From: Macrostomum lignano
Taxonomy: Eukaryota
Direction of reading: 5' to 3'
Assembly: GCA_002269645.1 (NCBI GenBank)
Contig: NIVC01001832.1
Span: 62,001-126,000, forward strand
DNA length: 64,000 bases
Below, piece by piece: positions 14,809-27,795 of the stretch; position 1 is the stretch's first letter, and every line of letters starts with the position of its first letter. The position numbers and the translations under genes were made by a program. The notes beneath the pieces were generated by a model. The model did not search any database. It was given only the letters and a program-made list of their open reading frames with translations, and had not been told where the DNA came from.

Positions 14809-17800
14809 ATTAATGTTAATGAAAAGTCTTAATGCTTATTCAGGGATACCCCTTATAATTTATGAATTTTGCCTTCTTGCCTTTCTAGTTTCCTCTGGCA
14901 GAATTTCTATTTTGAACTTGAAATAGGGCCTATATTACAAGATAATACTTTTTTATCTATAAATAGATTATTTATATTAAGCTAAATTATATAATCAAAA
15001 ATAGAGCCTAGTACTAGTAGCAAAATGTTTAGTGCAAGCCTTAAAATTTCAATCTAGAACTAGAAACTATATTTTTCTAATCCTAGTAATATTGGCCAAA
15101 TTCTAGGATCTTAGAATTACAAAAAATTGAGATTTTGCTATCCCTACCTACAAATAACTAGTAATTACCAAATGACTAGGAAAATCTATTAAGCCTTAAA
15201 TGAGGTAAAGTAGTCCCCTAGCCTAATGAAATATTCTAAATATAATAAAGAAAAAACATAAAAATATACAATTCATAATCTTACAGATAATGCTTTTAAT
15301 ACAAATGTGAGGATAGATAGAGGCTATAAAGCTGATGCTTGTGGTCAATTTCCAATGCAGCAAATTCTAATATGATAAACAAAAACTTAAATTAAACAAG
15401 GTCAAAGAAAAGTATATTTGACAGAGACTGAAAGATTTTAGCTTTGTAGGGTTTAATACTAAAAAAATTTTTTTTGTTATAAAACAAAATTGTTATAAAC
15501 AACAAAATTATTGTCAATTTTAAACTGGGCCTAGGCCTGCATAGACACTGTTTTAGTAATATTGACAAAAATGTATGTAGGCCCTATAATTTATCATAGG
15601 CTATTGTATTGTTTATGTAACGTGACACAGTTGGCGTTAACGAATTAGATGTTGACGAATTCGGTGGCACCCGTGCCACCTGAGTTTCACGGCGGTGCAA
15701 ATGTCTGTGAGGAAAGAGGCGTCAATAAAACCTTGACCTTCTATCAGTGTTTTTCTGTTGTGAAAATCAAAACAAACCAAAACTCTGCTATCTACTAAGA
15801 TCGTACATTCAAGTACACAATTGGTCTTACGACGGATTGTAAGAGCAGGCGGGGAGCAGCTAAGCGAACAGGAGCTTTGTAAGCCATTGTTACCAACTTT
15901 CGGAGATACGATTTCTACAAAAGACGTAACTAACCGTTCTCTTCAAATGAAGCCCAAGTTAACAGTTAACTACTTAAGTAGTCAACTGCTTGAATAGTCA
16001 TTGATAAAGCAACTTAGCAAACCCTCTGTTGTTTTCTATGAAAAATTTATTGGACGTAATTTTAAGTAACGCACCCAAAATAACGAATATTTTACAGAAG
16101 TATTGTTCAAATGTCCTCTGTTCACACAAACATCTACCTTGGTTAAGCGCAGAACATTTTATTCATCGACGATTATGTTGTTACTTAAGTCATCCTTGAG
16201 CTTATCACGATCGGGCCTGAGTGCCACCCAAGAAACTGTAAACTAGATACTATAACTGTAGAACTAAAGTTTATAGGATCTGTGCCTAGTACTTTATAAC
16301 ACTGTTTATATGTTAATGATGTGCCAGATTTTGAACTTAATGATTTTTTATACCGTACCTCTTGACCTTCTGGTGTCTCTTGAAAAAAAATTCATATAGA
16401 CGCAGTTCCATAGTAGCGTATGAGGATTAGCAAGCGTTTGTAAGGTTGCAAAGATACGCAAGCAACAAAGTTGGACTTTCAGCAGAGTGTAATTGGTTTA
16501 ATAGTAAAAAAACTCTCGTTGCTGGTTTGAAACAATGCTTATAAAATGGTTCAGTAAAAATTTAACAAAATTTGAACGCAGAAGCAGAATAGTTTTATGC
16601 ACTAAACTATTTTCTAGCAAAACTATGTCGGCTTCAGCAGTAAAATGAATGAGAATTATAAAATGTAAACAAGTTATAAACGCTTAAAGCAGCACAGCAA
16701 ACATGTCAATAAAAAACAAACAAGCATGCAATCGATTAAAATACAACTAAAGATTATTGTCGAGTCTTGTTGCTGCTTTGTCTTTAAAATAAAATCAGCA
16801 TAAAGGGCTAACTACGGTTACTTTACACTTCAAACAGGATTCAGTTTTGCACATTTTGCAGATTAATACAAACATAGTACTGTTGTCAGTGTGCACAATA
16901 AATTAACTATTATGAAATATTATGAGATAATGCAACAGACTAAATACATACACACTAACTAAAAGCGTAAAAGATATGCGCTAATAAAAACATGAGCAAA
17001 AAGATTAATAATAATAAGGAGACTAATAATAAAAAAATGTTGATTAAATACCGAGAAAAAAACAGACACCAAAGTGCAAAGAGACAACAGGTGCTGCGAG
17101 CAGTACAAACCGGGGTAGCAACCTAAAAATGAACAAAACAGCGGAGGACACGCGTCTGCTATAAAAAGTGCAGTTAGTAGCAATTAGTAAAAAACGATAA
17201 TTGGTCGAATTTTGTATTAAAACGTAGAGGCAGATAAGGCTTAATCAATGTGCAGTGTCATTGCACTCCAGTTTTCTATTCTAAACTTGCAAGTCTTTGT
17301 GTTTCATCAGAACGATATAAAAAACGCCAGTAAAATCACAGGAAATAATAAATTTAGTACATTGTAGCTAACTATTCGAAAACGAGTCGAATTTTTTTAA
17401 ACGATTAATATGATACGGATCATTTTGCTTAGCCTAAACAGAGCTATATTGCATTGATTTACGAGCATAGTCTACGTATCACTTATGTATCAGCCAAATA
17501 ATCATTCAATACCTTACTCAAGTCAATTATCGCCTAATGATCATTCAGTTATCCCCACCGATACTAAAATACTCGTAACTAGATGGGTTACTTAGCAAAA
17601 CAGCTTTCTACTGTCAGTTCAGTAGCAGTGAAGAATACATAAGCTACTTTATAAGAATAAAGGCAGCTGAAATAACTTTGATAAGTTTAGAAGCCCAAGC
17701 TTGCAGACGTATACAGCTTGCTAATTGGTTCAGCCAAAATGTACATTAGCCATTGTGTGTACAATGCAGATCTAGGATGGAAAAAAACCGAGGAAGGTAA

Positions 17801-18228
17801 TAAAAATTGGGTGGCGGGGCAGTGGTAGAGGTTCTGTGTGGAGTTTGAGGGTTTAAGCTTAGGGTAAGAGGCAATAAATGAGCCTTTTCTTTAAAATACA
17901 TTAAAATGCTTCAGTTTAACTTACTACTGAACAGAAAGTAGCTTATACGCAAATGTGCTGAGTGGCCCAATCTAGTTATTCTAGTATCTGTAGTTATCCC
18001 TATCACACTAGCATCGCATTAAACCCTGTTAAGGTACTAAACAATACCAACAGAAATGTAGTAGAACTTCTTGAAAACATAAACTTTCGAATAAATTTCT
18101 CATTCGTCCATCGATCAGCTATGCAGTCTGAAAAGAATAATTTAAATTTTTAAGAGCTTGCGCCACATCCGTTCAGGCGCAGCAAAACCAAAGTCTTCTA
18201 TCACTAGGAAGATCCTAGCCAGCATCGC

Positions 18229-21200
18229 TCAATCCTGAGCCGCCTTCTGCACGAAGGCCAGCGTCTCGCTGGCGGCCCCGACAGCCGAGGAGGCGGAGGC
18301 GCCAGCCGAGTCAGCCGCCGCCGAGCCGGCAGCAGCAGCTGAGCCGGGATTGAGAACTCGAACTCGCTCGCTAGCGCAGCTGTAGGCAACCTGCTGATCG
18401 CTCTCGGTAGTGAACAGGTTGGCAGCCTCGGTTGGCACAGCGGCCGCGTCTCCGATGCCGCTGGCCCCGGCAATCCGCTTGGTGCTGGGCGCGTACAGGA
18501 TGATGATGGCGCACACGTACACATTCCACATGCCGTACACTCCGGTGACAAAGGCGCTGCTATACTCCAACGAGTGGCCCTCTTCGCTCCATTTCCAATG
18601 GCTTTCGTCCAATTCCATGACAATGTAGAATGCCACGGTCAGGGCGGCGCACAGGGCGGTATAGCCCAGGAACACGCAGAATCGGACTATGGCGCCAGAG
18701 TAGAACAGGCGGCGCGCCTGCGGCAGGCTGGGCAAATGCCGCCGCTTCTCTAGGATGCCGCGTAGAGCTCGAACAATTAGCACCAATAATAGTAGGGCGT
18801 AGGCGGCCATTGAAATGCCGGCGATTATCATTGAGGCCAGGGCGAACCTGAATTGAAGGGAGCCGAGTCATTATGTGAGTTTTAAAGTCCAATCACAAAC
18901 ACTATTTGTAGAATAACTATCAGAAATGTCACTTGCATAAAATTTGTGAAAAAGTAGAGCGTCTACTCTGTTTTTCAGTAGTTTGTCTGCGTAGTGTCAC
19001 TACGGTCTACGGAGGGACAATCTAGCTCAGCCAATGAGAGAGAAGTAAGGAGAGAGGTTAGAGTTAGACGGACGAAACTCAGTCTAGATGGGCAGGCCCA
19101 ATCTAGCTCAGCCAATGAGAGAGAAGTAAGGAGAGAGGTTAGAGTTAGACGGACGAAACTCAGTCTAGATGGGCAGGCCCAATCTAGCTCAGCCAATGAG
19201 AGAGAAGTAAGGAGAGAGGTTAGAGTTAGACGGACGAAACTCAGTCTAGATGGGCAGGCCCAATCTAGCTCAGCCAATGAGAGAGAAGTAAGGAGAGAGG
19301 TTAGAGTTAGACGGACGAAACTCAGTCTAGATGGGCAGGCCCAATCTAGCTCAGCCAATGAGAGAGAAGTAAGGAGAGAGGTTAAGTTAGACGGACGAAA
19401 CTCAGTCTAGATGGGCAGGCCCAATCTAGCTCAGCCAATGAGAGAGAAGTAAGGAGAGAGGTTAGAGTTAGACGGACGAAACTCAGCTAGATGGGCAGGC
19501 CCAATCTAGCTCAGCCAATGAGAGAGAAGTAAGGAGAGAGGTTAGAGTTAGACGGACGAAACTCAGCCTAGATGGGCAGGCCCAATCTAGCTCAGCCAAT
19601 GAGAGAGAAGTAAGGAAAGGTTAAATTCAGACACAAGCGTGCAAGAGGAAAACCCCATCTGTTTATCGGCCTGAAATCTTCAGTCCTAAAATATTTTTTT
19701 TCATGACCGGTTTTTCAGTTCCAGTTCCCAAATCGTACTTTAAAATCCCGCCGTAACGGAATATGTTACAACGCATATTAAAACAAACGTTTACTGCTTT
19801 AAGAATAAAGTTGACATTAATGTTTTAAAAAATGAATAAAATACAATATTATCCTAACGTTTTCTTATTTTATTTATATTTTGTGGTAGAAACAAGTACT
19901 ATTATAGCGGCGAATATTCAAAAAACCACGGTTCGATTTCGGAGTCAACTCGATCTATCATTATCGTTGTATGTGATAATGTGACGATAACAATATGAAG
20001 TAAGAACTCTTCTAAATATGATTAAACAAAATTAATATGTAGAATGAATAAACAAAGAAACTAGTAGACAATTATAAAAAATGTTTCGTTCTTTTTACAC
20101 TTGATAAAGACAGTAGTTAACTACAATCAGTTAACTACAATTACTTTGAACTCAAAAATATTGTGGTAAATTAATAAATTAACTAATAGCAATTCAAATA
20201 ATGGTTTCAATTGACGCTAAAAAATTTGTAAAAGTTAAAGGTCCTTATAAAACATGGGTTTTGAATATTACATGTGAAATAAAAATATTGAGATAAAAAT
20301 ATAAGATAGGATACATGTAATTTATAAGATTATGATGTTACTTCTCCAGAAGAATGCATGTAATTGTCGTAAAAATTCTATCAATAACTTAATACAGACA
20401 ATACGTAATTCAATCCAATAGTGCACCTTGAATTGATAAATTGTAATTTCTCTACAGACCTTACAAATCTAATTGATCAAATATTAAACATGTAAATATT
20501 TTGCACAATTAGATGCAATTCTTAACTTGCATGTGATCAGGGGCGTGAGCGCGTCGCTATGGATTTTATGGTGGGGACAAAGTCAAGAATTCTAAGTGAC
20601 AAAATTCCTACATTATTTTTTATATCGGTGTTTCTAACACTCAATTTTATTGCTAAACAGACACTGATTTTGTTCGCTTTTTCATAGCTTTCACTCAGAC
20701 CAGGGGGGACATGCACAGTTGTCCCGATGTCAGCCCCTGTCCCGCGCGGTGACGCGGGCTCTTGCATGTGATTATGCATTTAAAGGTACAATTTCGTAAA
20801 ATGAAACAATGTACAAGCTAGAAACAATTGCATATGAATTGAGTCTGTACGCGCCAGCATGAACATCGGAAAAATAGGAAATTAAAGGAGTTACAACTCC
20901 GAGGGGCCGAGACCTTTCACGACTCTGTGAAAGGTCTCGGCCTTTACTCGGCATTTTTTAGGGTTTTTAATTATTATGGCATTTGATTCAGTGCTTTTTG
21001 TCCTACGAGTTTTGTCCTACGAACCTGTCGAGTCCCCAGCAGCTACATGTAGTTGACGCCATCATATCGCTGTATGGTGATATGTCAGCTCCGCCTGGGA
21101 TATCGGCTCGCTGGTCATGCCAGCGCCTCGGTCTTTCAGCGTGTCGACAAATAGGCCGACGCTTTGATGCCACCTCGACCAACCTTAATCTAGCGCTGTG

Positions 21201-24200
21201 CGCCATCAACAGTTGAGGACAGGAGTGTGAGGTCGTCGGCGTAGCCTAGAACCGCTCAGGCGCTTCTCGTTGTGGCGGCGACCGATGTGTCTGCGCAGCA
21301 GGAAGCCGTCGCCTGCTGAAGGGGGTCCGTTCCGAAGCTGCACAATCCATGCCAGGAGCAGCACGAAGAGGAACGGTGCTAGAATGTGTCGCTCTGTGTA
21401 GCACTCCTAAACGAAGTTTCAGACAGGTCAGACAAGCCGTCTGCCGTCACCACAGCGTAATGCCGCGGCGCAGACGGGCAGACGACCAACCTCGCGCGCT
21501 GTCAGCGGTTCACCTCGACGGTCTGATGCCCAACGTTGAGGACGAAATTCGGCGACGCAGATCTAGATCGAGAGGACTTGCCTGGACGGCCTACCGGTCG
21601 ATTCGCGCCATCCTTCAGTCCAAAGCGCTGCCGATCGTCAGAGGGCTCGGCTGTTGAGACCGTGTTGCTCGACAACACTGCAGAGACGTGGATGTTCAAG
21701 GGACGCTAGAATTCGCGCTACTGGATTTTGCGCTAATTGTCTTCTGCGCACCAGGATTTTGCACGAATCGGATGATTTTAGGCGACTTGAAATTGAATTC
21801 GACTGCATCATTTCTCGCGACTTACTTCAAGCGACTAGATTTCGCGCGACGTAGAATTTCGTGCGACTGGATTTCGCGCGACTGAATTTCGCGCAACCGG
21901 ATTTCGATCGACTGGATTTAAATCCAGTCGTGTGAAATCCAGTCGCTAGAAAGAAGTCGCGCGCTTCAATTCCAGGTCGTGCGATTTCCAGTCGCGCAAA
22001 TGCAGTCGCTCGAATGCCAGATCGCGCGAAATCCAGTCGCGCGAATTCTAGCGTCCCGATGTTAACGGTCACGCTGGAGCAACAGCTAAACAATTTGATC
22101 ACTCGGCCCGCGGGGCTGCTCCATGCGTTCAGGCTGACAAAAGCGTCCTGTTCAAGGATGTACCATCCTACAGCGAGACGGCGACTCCAACTGACAGGCG
22201 CTACGTGATCCGGGCTATTGCCCTAGCCTGTCCAGGACATCCTGCCGCTCACTTTGCTAGAACAGTTCAGGCGGGCTCAAGCGACCGAGGACACAGAGAT
22301 ACGTGGACTGCATCCTGAGCAACGTTGGGGCGCCCGACACTGTCGATCAATAGGCCGGACAATTGATTATTCGCCTACTGGCGCTTCGACATGTCATCTG
22401 ACGCTCCCTCCACTGACTACTGGGGCGACTGCGTATTTTTTGTTGCTGTTGTTCTATAATTACCTACGAGTATAAGCTGGTTATTTTACAAATTCGAAGT
22501 TACAAATCCTTAGTTACGAAATCGTACAGTTTCTGACGTTTCAACATCACGCTATGCTTGATTGGAGACCTGCACTGAAGCAACAGTAAGGTCTGTGAAG
22601 CTGATTTTTTATATAAACACAGATTTCAGATGGTAAATTGCAAAAATAAAATTGGTTATCAGTTGTTGTTGGGTATTTCGTAGTTCCGGGGTAGATTTAT
22701 TTAGCCTGTATGCGAAATCCTGCAGTTACTGACGTTTCAACATCACGCTATGCAAGATTGGAGACCTGCACTGAAGCAACAGTAAGGTCTGTGAAGCTGA
22801 TTTTTTATATATACACAGATTTCAGATGGTAAATTTGAGTTTCGACTAAAAAATCGTTTTACATTCAAGTGTTTTCTGCTAAATCGATCTTTTTGTTATT
22901 TTTATGTTATCGGGAACTGGAACTGAAAAACCGGTCATTTTTTTCAAATAATTTGGAGCCTGAAGCAGTCTGGAGTCGTTAAAGCAGGATAAAGATGCAA
23001 ATTTAATGGGCCTGCTTGTAGAAAGCCATCGGCGATTATTGCAGCTTCAAAATGAGACAACAGCCAACAGGCCAAATACAATATTATATATGACATCCAT
23101 GGTACAGCCGTTTTCGTGCACAAGCCCAAAATTAATGTGGCCGCGGAATCGAAACAGGGTATCGATCTGGCCTCCTAATGTTAAACATATAATTAATGAA
23201 AAAAATAAATCTCACCTAGAAGCGTCCGGTGTACTCCAAACCGTGTAGAACGGATTGTAAATCTGCACGCCCCTCTCCGACAAGTCAAAGATTAGCAGGC
23301 AGGCGCCGGCAACGGCCACGCCGAGCAACTGTTTCCAATAGAGCATGAACCTGTTCTTCGGCCCGCCATCCATGGTGTGCTCGCCAGTGAAGACAATCCA
23401 GAAGGCCAGCAGGCCGCTGTAGAACATGCCGTGTCTCAGATCGGACACCAGCAGCCAGACTGGAGCTCGCAGCACTGTCAGACTCAGCCACTCGACTGGG
23501 CAATTCAGGCACGACAGTGCGATGCCCAGGCCCAAAGCCGATCGCTCCAGCAGAGTCCACGGCCTGGCCTGGGCCCTGACCCGCCAGCAGAACCAGATTA
23601 GCAGGCCGCACAGCACGGGGAACAGGGCAGTCTTCATGCCAAGCCAGACAAGAGTGAAGCCGCCATTCTGATGGAATTCTACAACGCTAATATCGCGCAG
23701 TAGGCCGATATTTTTATTAGAATAATCGGTGACCGGAACCCGGATGTTCAACAGGTACTGAGCGTGAGCAACAGAGCCCAGACTGAACAGCGGCTGTGGC
23801 TCGCACTCGTATTCGCCCGTATCTCCGTCGGCTGACTGTTCCAGTTGGCAGCGAAGCGAACGAGTCTCGCGCGATTGTACCATCTCGTGCCAGACACCCG
23901 GCGGGTCCGAGTCGTCTCGATAGCCAAGGCGGGCGTGCAGCTCGATCTGACTGTCGGGCTTAATCTCCGAGCCTGGCAGCGATTTCATGTACTGCGACTC
24001 GATGCGAACTACGGCCACCATCTCCTGTTCGAATTGAGAGTTTTAGCAGCTAAAGTACATCACCAAATTACAGGTACCTTGAAAATATTGGGGATTCGAG
24101 CAGCGGCATACGAAATGACCAAACTGGTCTGACAGCGGCATACCGAATGACCAAACTGGTCTGACAGCGGCATACCGAATGACCAAACTGGTCTGACAAC

Positions 24201-25036
24201 GGCATACTGAATGACCAAACTGGTCCAACAGCGGCATACTGAATGACCAAACTGGTCTGACATCGGCATACTGAATGACCAAACTGGTCTGACAGCGGTA
24301 TACTGAATGACCAGACTGGTCTGACAATCGCATACTGAATGACCAAACTGGTCTAACAATGGCAAACTGAATGACCAAACTGGTCTGACAGCGGCATACC
24401 GAATGACCAAACAGGTCTAACAGTGGCATACCGAATGACCAAACTGGTCTGACAGCGGCATACCGAATGACCAAACAGGTCTAACAGTGCATACCGAATG
24501 ACCAAACTGGTCTGACAGCGGCATACTACTGAATGACCAAACTGGTCTAACAATGGCATACCGAAGAATGAAATGGTCTAACACTTTTCAGGATTTCATT
24601 CACCAACTTTAAATATGCCATCAGATACCATATTTGCACTATAATAGACCATTAGTCTCACCTGGAAGAGAGCAGACATGCTAAACTCCATATTATCCCG
24701 CGGCAAAGGAAATTGAAAATTGAACACAATCTGCGAAGCGTTGGGCACCCGTTTGCCTTCATCTTTAGCTAATTGGTGCAGGTTTTTTATGAACTCGAAA
24801 TGGTTAGAACCATCGGCCACAGGCTTGCAGTGGCCCGGGCCGCGAGTGAAGAACCATTTGTCAGTGTCGTTGGCGTCCCAGTCTACACACTTATTGCCCA
24901 GCATGTCCTCGTGCGCGTACGGCTTGGGCGCAATCAGTCCGCCTAGTAGAAAACAGCCAACCTGCAGCAGCAGCAGAATAATGCCAAAGCAGACCAGCTT
25001 GCGCGTGCTCAGAGTTTCCAGAACAACCCCGGCCAT
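18229..25036 (-). CDS. wls: Wntless (WLS/Evi/GPR177) Wnt secretion factor, ~600 aa; exons 24662-25036, 23216-24024, 18229-18847
   Basis: MAGVVLETLSTRKL...FLLGGLIAP, FQFPLP, QYLLNIR, EFHQNGGFTLVWLGMK, LNCPVEWL, SDLRHGMFY, FDLSERGVQIYNPFY and YSSAFVTGVYGMWNVYV..IIILYAPS. GT-AG introns with consistent phases (375+809+619 nt). Confidence 0.97.
19018..19615 (+). repeat. 81-bp tandem repeat, ~7.5 near-identical copies, in wls intron 2
   Basis: TCTAGCTCAGCC recurs at 19021, 19102, 19183 and onward. Confidence 0.95.
20538..20764. mobile_element. hAT-type MITE (227 bp) with 8-bp TSD CATGTGAT
   Basis: CATGTGAT at 20530-20537 and 20765-20772; imperfect CAGGGGC / CAAGAGC termini. Confidence 0.65.
21075..22455 (+). 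mobile_element. Decayed RTE-like LINE with inverted 5' RT segment (same family as 5823-6545), interrupted by a MITE
   Basis: About 21075-21465 encodes GVLQ..LAPFLF...GYADDLTLLSSTVDGAQ on the minus strand. From 21465 the + strand encodes DGQTTNLARCQRF..GLAWTAYRSIRAILQS..AETW...; TTG-type tail at about 22438-22453. Confidence 0.8.
21700..22057. mobile_element. MITE (Mutator- or hAT-like) with ~33-bp TIR GGGACGCTAGAATTCGCGC..., inserted in the LINE
   Basis: TIRs at both ends. Flanks GATGTTCAA / GATGTTAAC form a degenerate 8-9 bp TSD. The LINE reading frame resumes across the insertion. Confidence 0.8.
24113..24585 (+). repeat. 32-bp minisatellite TGACCAAACTGGTCTGACAGCGGCATACCGAA in wls intron 1
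   Basis: Direct reading. Confidence 0.95.
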
Positions 25037-26290
25037 GTTGGCTTGATTGCTTCTTATTGACTGTTTTGCAAGTGTTTTAAAAGCAAGCTGAGTTTTTGTA
25101 GCTGGAAATTCATTAATTGGATTTGGAATAATTCTGCATTTTCTCAGCATAATTAATAACTGAGGTTGGACGAGGTGAGAAATTTCACATCAGGTAGATA
25201 TGACTTGATTAGTTTCAACAGGACCCTCAAATCATGTTTGAGCAGAGTAAGGTAATTTTCAAAAGAACTAAGTAATTTTGGAATTCAGATCAGAGACACC
25301 CAAAAGGCTTATTTGGAAGATTTGAAATGAGATCTGAATAGACCTCTACTGCCAAAATAAAGGCCAAAATCCATTACACTTTTTAGTTTTTTGGTTTGGT
25401 TTATCTTGGTTGAAGATTGTTGATCAACAAAAAGTTTGATTTATTGCTACATCTCAATGCTTTAATCATTTGCTTTGAAACTTTTATCACTTCTTGAGAC
25501 ATGTCTCAGCTTTGCAATGACATCTTAGACACATGATTGCCTTTTGTATTTCCTGAGATATTTGCTTCCAAAATGTGTTTATAAGGGGTGCTAATAAATT
25601 CCTTTTTTGATACACTTTGCATTTATGTAAACTTTTTTTTCTTTTTGCTTACAAGCAGAAGCAGAGATTTGTAAGCAGAAAATTTCTGCTTATAAATTTT
25701 TAAAGCTGAATATGGTATCAAAATAAGGAATGTATCTTGAAACATGAATTTATTTTTTGTTTGAATTATCTGTTGGGAAACCCACATATAAGTTTTTGTC
25801 ATATTCTAAAGATTCCCATAGCTGTAGTTTTTATTTTTTTAAATATTAGAAACAGGTAAAGTAAAACAAAGATAATTTTGTAGACTGTATTATAAACTTA
25901 GTTACTTAGAAACTTAAAGATTATACTTAATAAAGTACAATAAAACACTAGCAAACACTACTTTTATTAATGCGAATAAGTTTAGACTTTAGCACTATTA
26001 TTTTTAGTAGTGACTAAGTATTGTTACTCTTTGTAAAAAGGATAAAATATAATCTTACAAAGACAATTAAGTGTTTGTTTTATTTTCTACCTTTATTTGC
26101 AGTTGTATAAGCCCTATGTTATCTTCTTGATTCAAATATTTTGTTTCCTAGACTTTTTGTTAAAACTATGGCTATAGCTACAGGAACTATAGGAATATGG
26201 TAATATTGAAGTCTTTATGGCTATGGAATATGAAGAATTGAAATAAGCTATAGTTTTGCTTATAGCAATGGCTATGGCACATGGACCCCT

Positions 26291-26933
26291 AGGCCTAATA
26301 CCTGGTAAAAAACTATTTTTAATAGATTTTATGCCCATTTTTTAAGCTATAAAAAACTAAGTCAATAATATATAATAAGTCAGTGTCATAACATATATAA
26401 CTTATGCTCATGTAGGTGTAGCAGATATATATAAAGCATTTTGTAGGCTTGACCAATTTATACCATAGGTAGTAGGCCCCTAGGCTAGGCCTTATATATA
26501 ACAAGGTATTGTAAAACAATAGAAAATAGGGAAATTTACGGTTTTTGGACATTTTGGTGACAAGACTTTTGGTGATAGCCTTTTTGTAACAATTTAAGAT
26601 GCTTTAGGACTAATGAGAAAATTTAGCCAATTTAGTGATATGCTATAAGAATAAAAGTTTATTTTGTCTATAAGATAGGCCCCTGCCTAATATATTCATG
26701 AATAAAAGTTATATGTATTACTTAAAACTTGTCATATTTTATTGTTTTACATTTATTTTGTCACTGACTTACTGACTTTGTCTTATCTATACTTAAATAA
26801 ATAGGTTAGGCCTAACACTTGAATAAAAAGTGAGTTTATTTTTTACTTACTTTTTTACTTAGTCAAGTAAAAAAAAAAAGTAAAAATTGTCTGTAAATTT
26901 ACAGACAATAGTTTTTTACCAGGTATTAGGCCT
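26291..26933. mobile_element. Probable MITE bounded by a perfect 27-bp inverted repeat
   Basis: AGGCCTAATACCTGGTAAAAAACTATT at 26291-26317 and its reverse complement at 26907-26933; no clear TSD. Confidence 0.6.
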
Positions 26934-27427
26934 TTATACCTGGTAATATATATATATATTATCTTGCAGAAAAATTTACAGACAACAGACAAAATCAATG
27001 GCAGAGCTATGTATGTCTCACAAGAAAAGTCATGTAATAACCTCACGGTTGCTGAAGTCAAGATTGAAGTCCTTGATCTAGTATACAATTACTATAACTA
27101 GGATAAGTCATAGGAATAAGAATAACTAAATTAGCAATTTTTTACTGTCTATCAACTTAGTGATTTACTGTCAATTGTCTAGGCCTAGTCAAGCCTTGAC
27201 TCTTGCTTGAGGTAGGCTAGCTGGCACTGGTAGGGGAGTAGCACCTAGGGGACTATGGAGTGGAGACCTCTTTTGGCCAAGTTATTATTAATATTAATAG
27301 ACTGTATTACTAATATTTTGAATATGCTCGTTGACTTATATATTGTGACTGGTTTAAAATTTAATTAGTGTTCAGTGGCATTTTGACAGACAGTATCTGC
27401 ATCTGGTATCTGGTACTGGTAGGGCCA

Positions 27428-27795
27428 GGTCTGGTCCATTTCGGCAACAGGTCTATATAGGCCCTATTATAGGTCAATTTGGCAACAACCATTTCAGCGA
27501 CAATTCTTAAATAGGATTTTGAATGTAGGCCTATTCTTATCTCATAGCAACAAAAAATTTCATGATGTACATGTGCATGACATTTGTGTACGTGTGCAGA
27601 CAGAGGGATAGTGAAAATATCAATCAGATAATATAATAAGGCAAGTCTGAAACTTAGGCATTCAATTCCTAAGAGTGTCCTTTTTTTCTATGAGATAAGA
27701 AAACATTCAAATTCCTATTTAAGAATTGTCGCCGAAATGGTTGTCGCCGAAATGGGTGTCGCCGAAATGGTTTGTCGCCGAAATGGACCGGATTC
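27428..27795. mobile_element. Foldback MITE with CCATTTCGGCGAC subterminal repeats and 8-9 bp TSD GTAGGGCC(A/T)
   Basis: GTAGGGCCA at 27419-27427 and GTAGGGCCT at 27796-27804; long imperfect TIRs ending ...gcgacaattcttaaatagga. Confidence 0.75.

Noticed and set aside
15635-15672. ...GACGAATTCGGTGGCACCC, looks like a Mutator-type MITE right end
   Set aside because: Partner TIR not found in the window.
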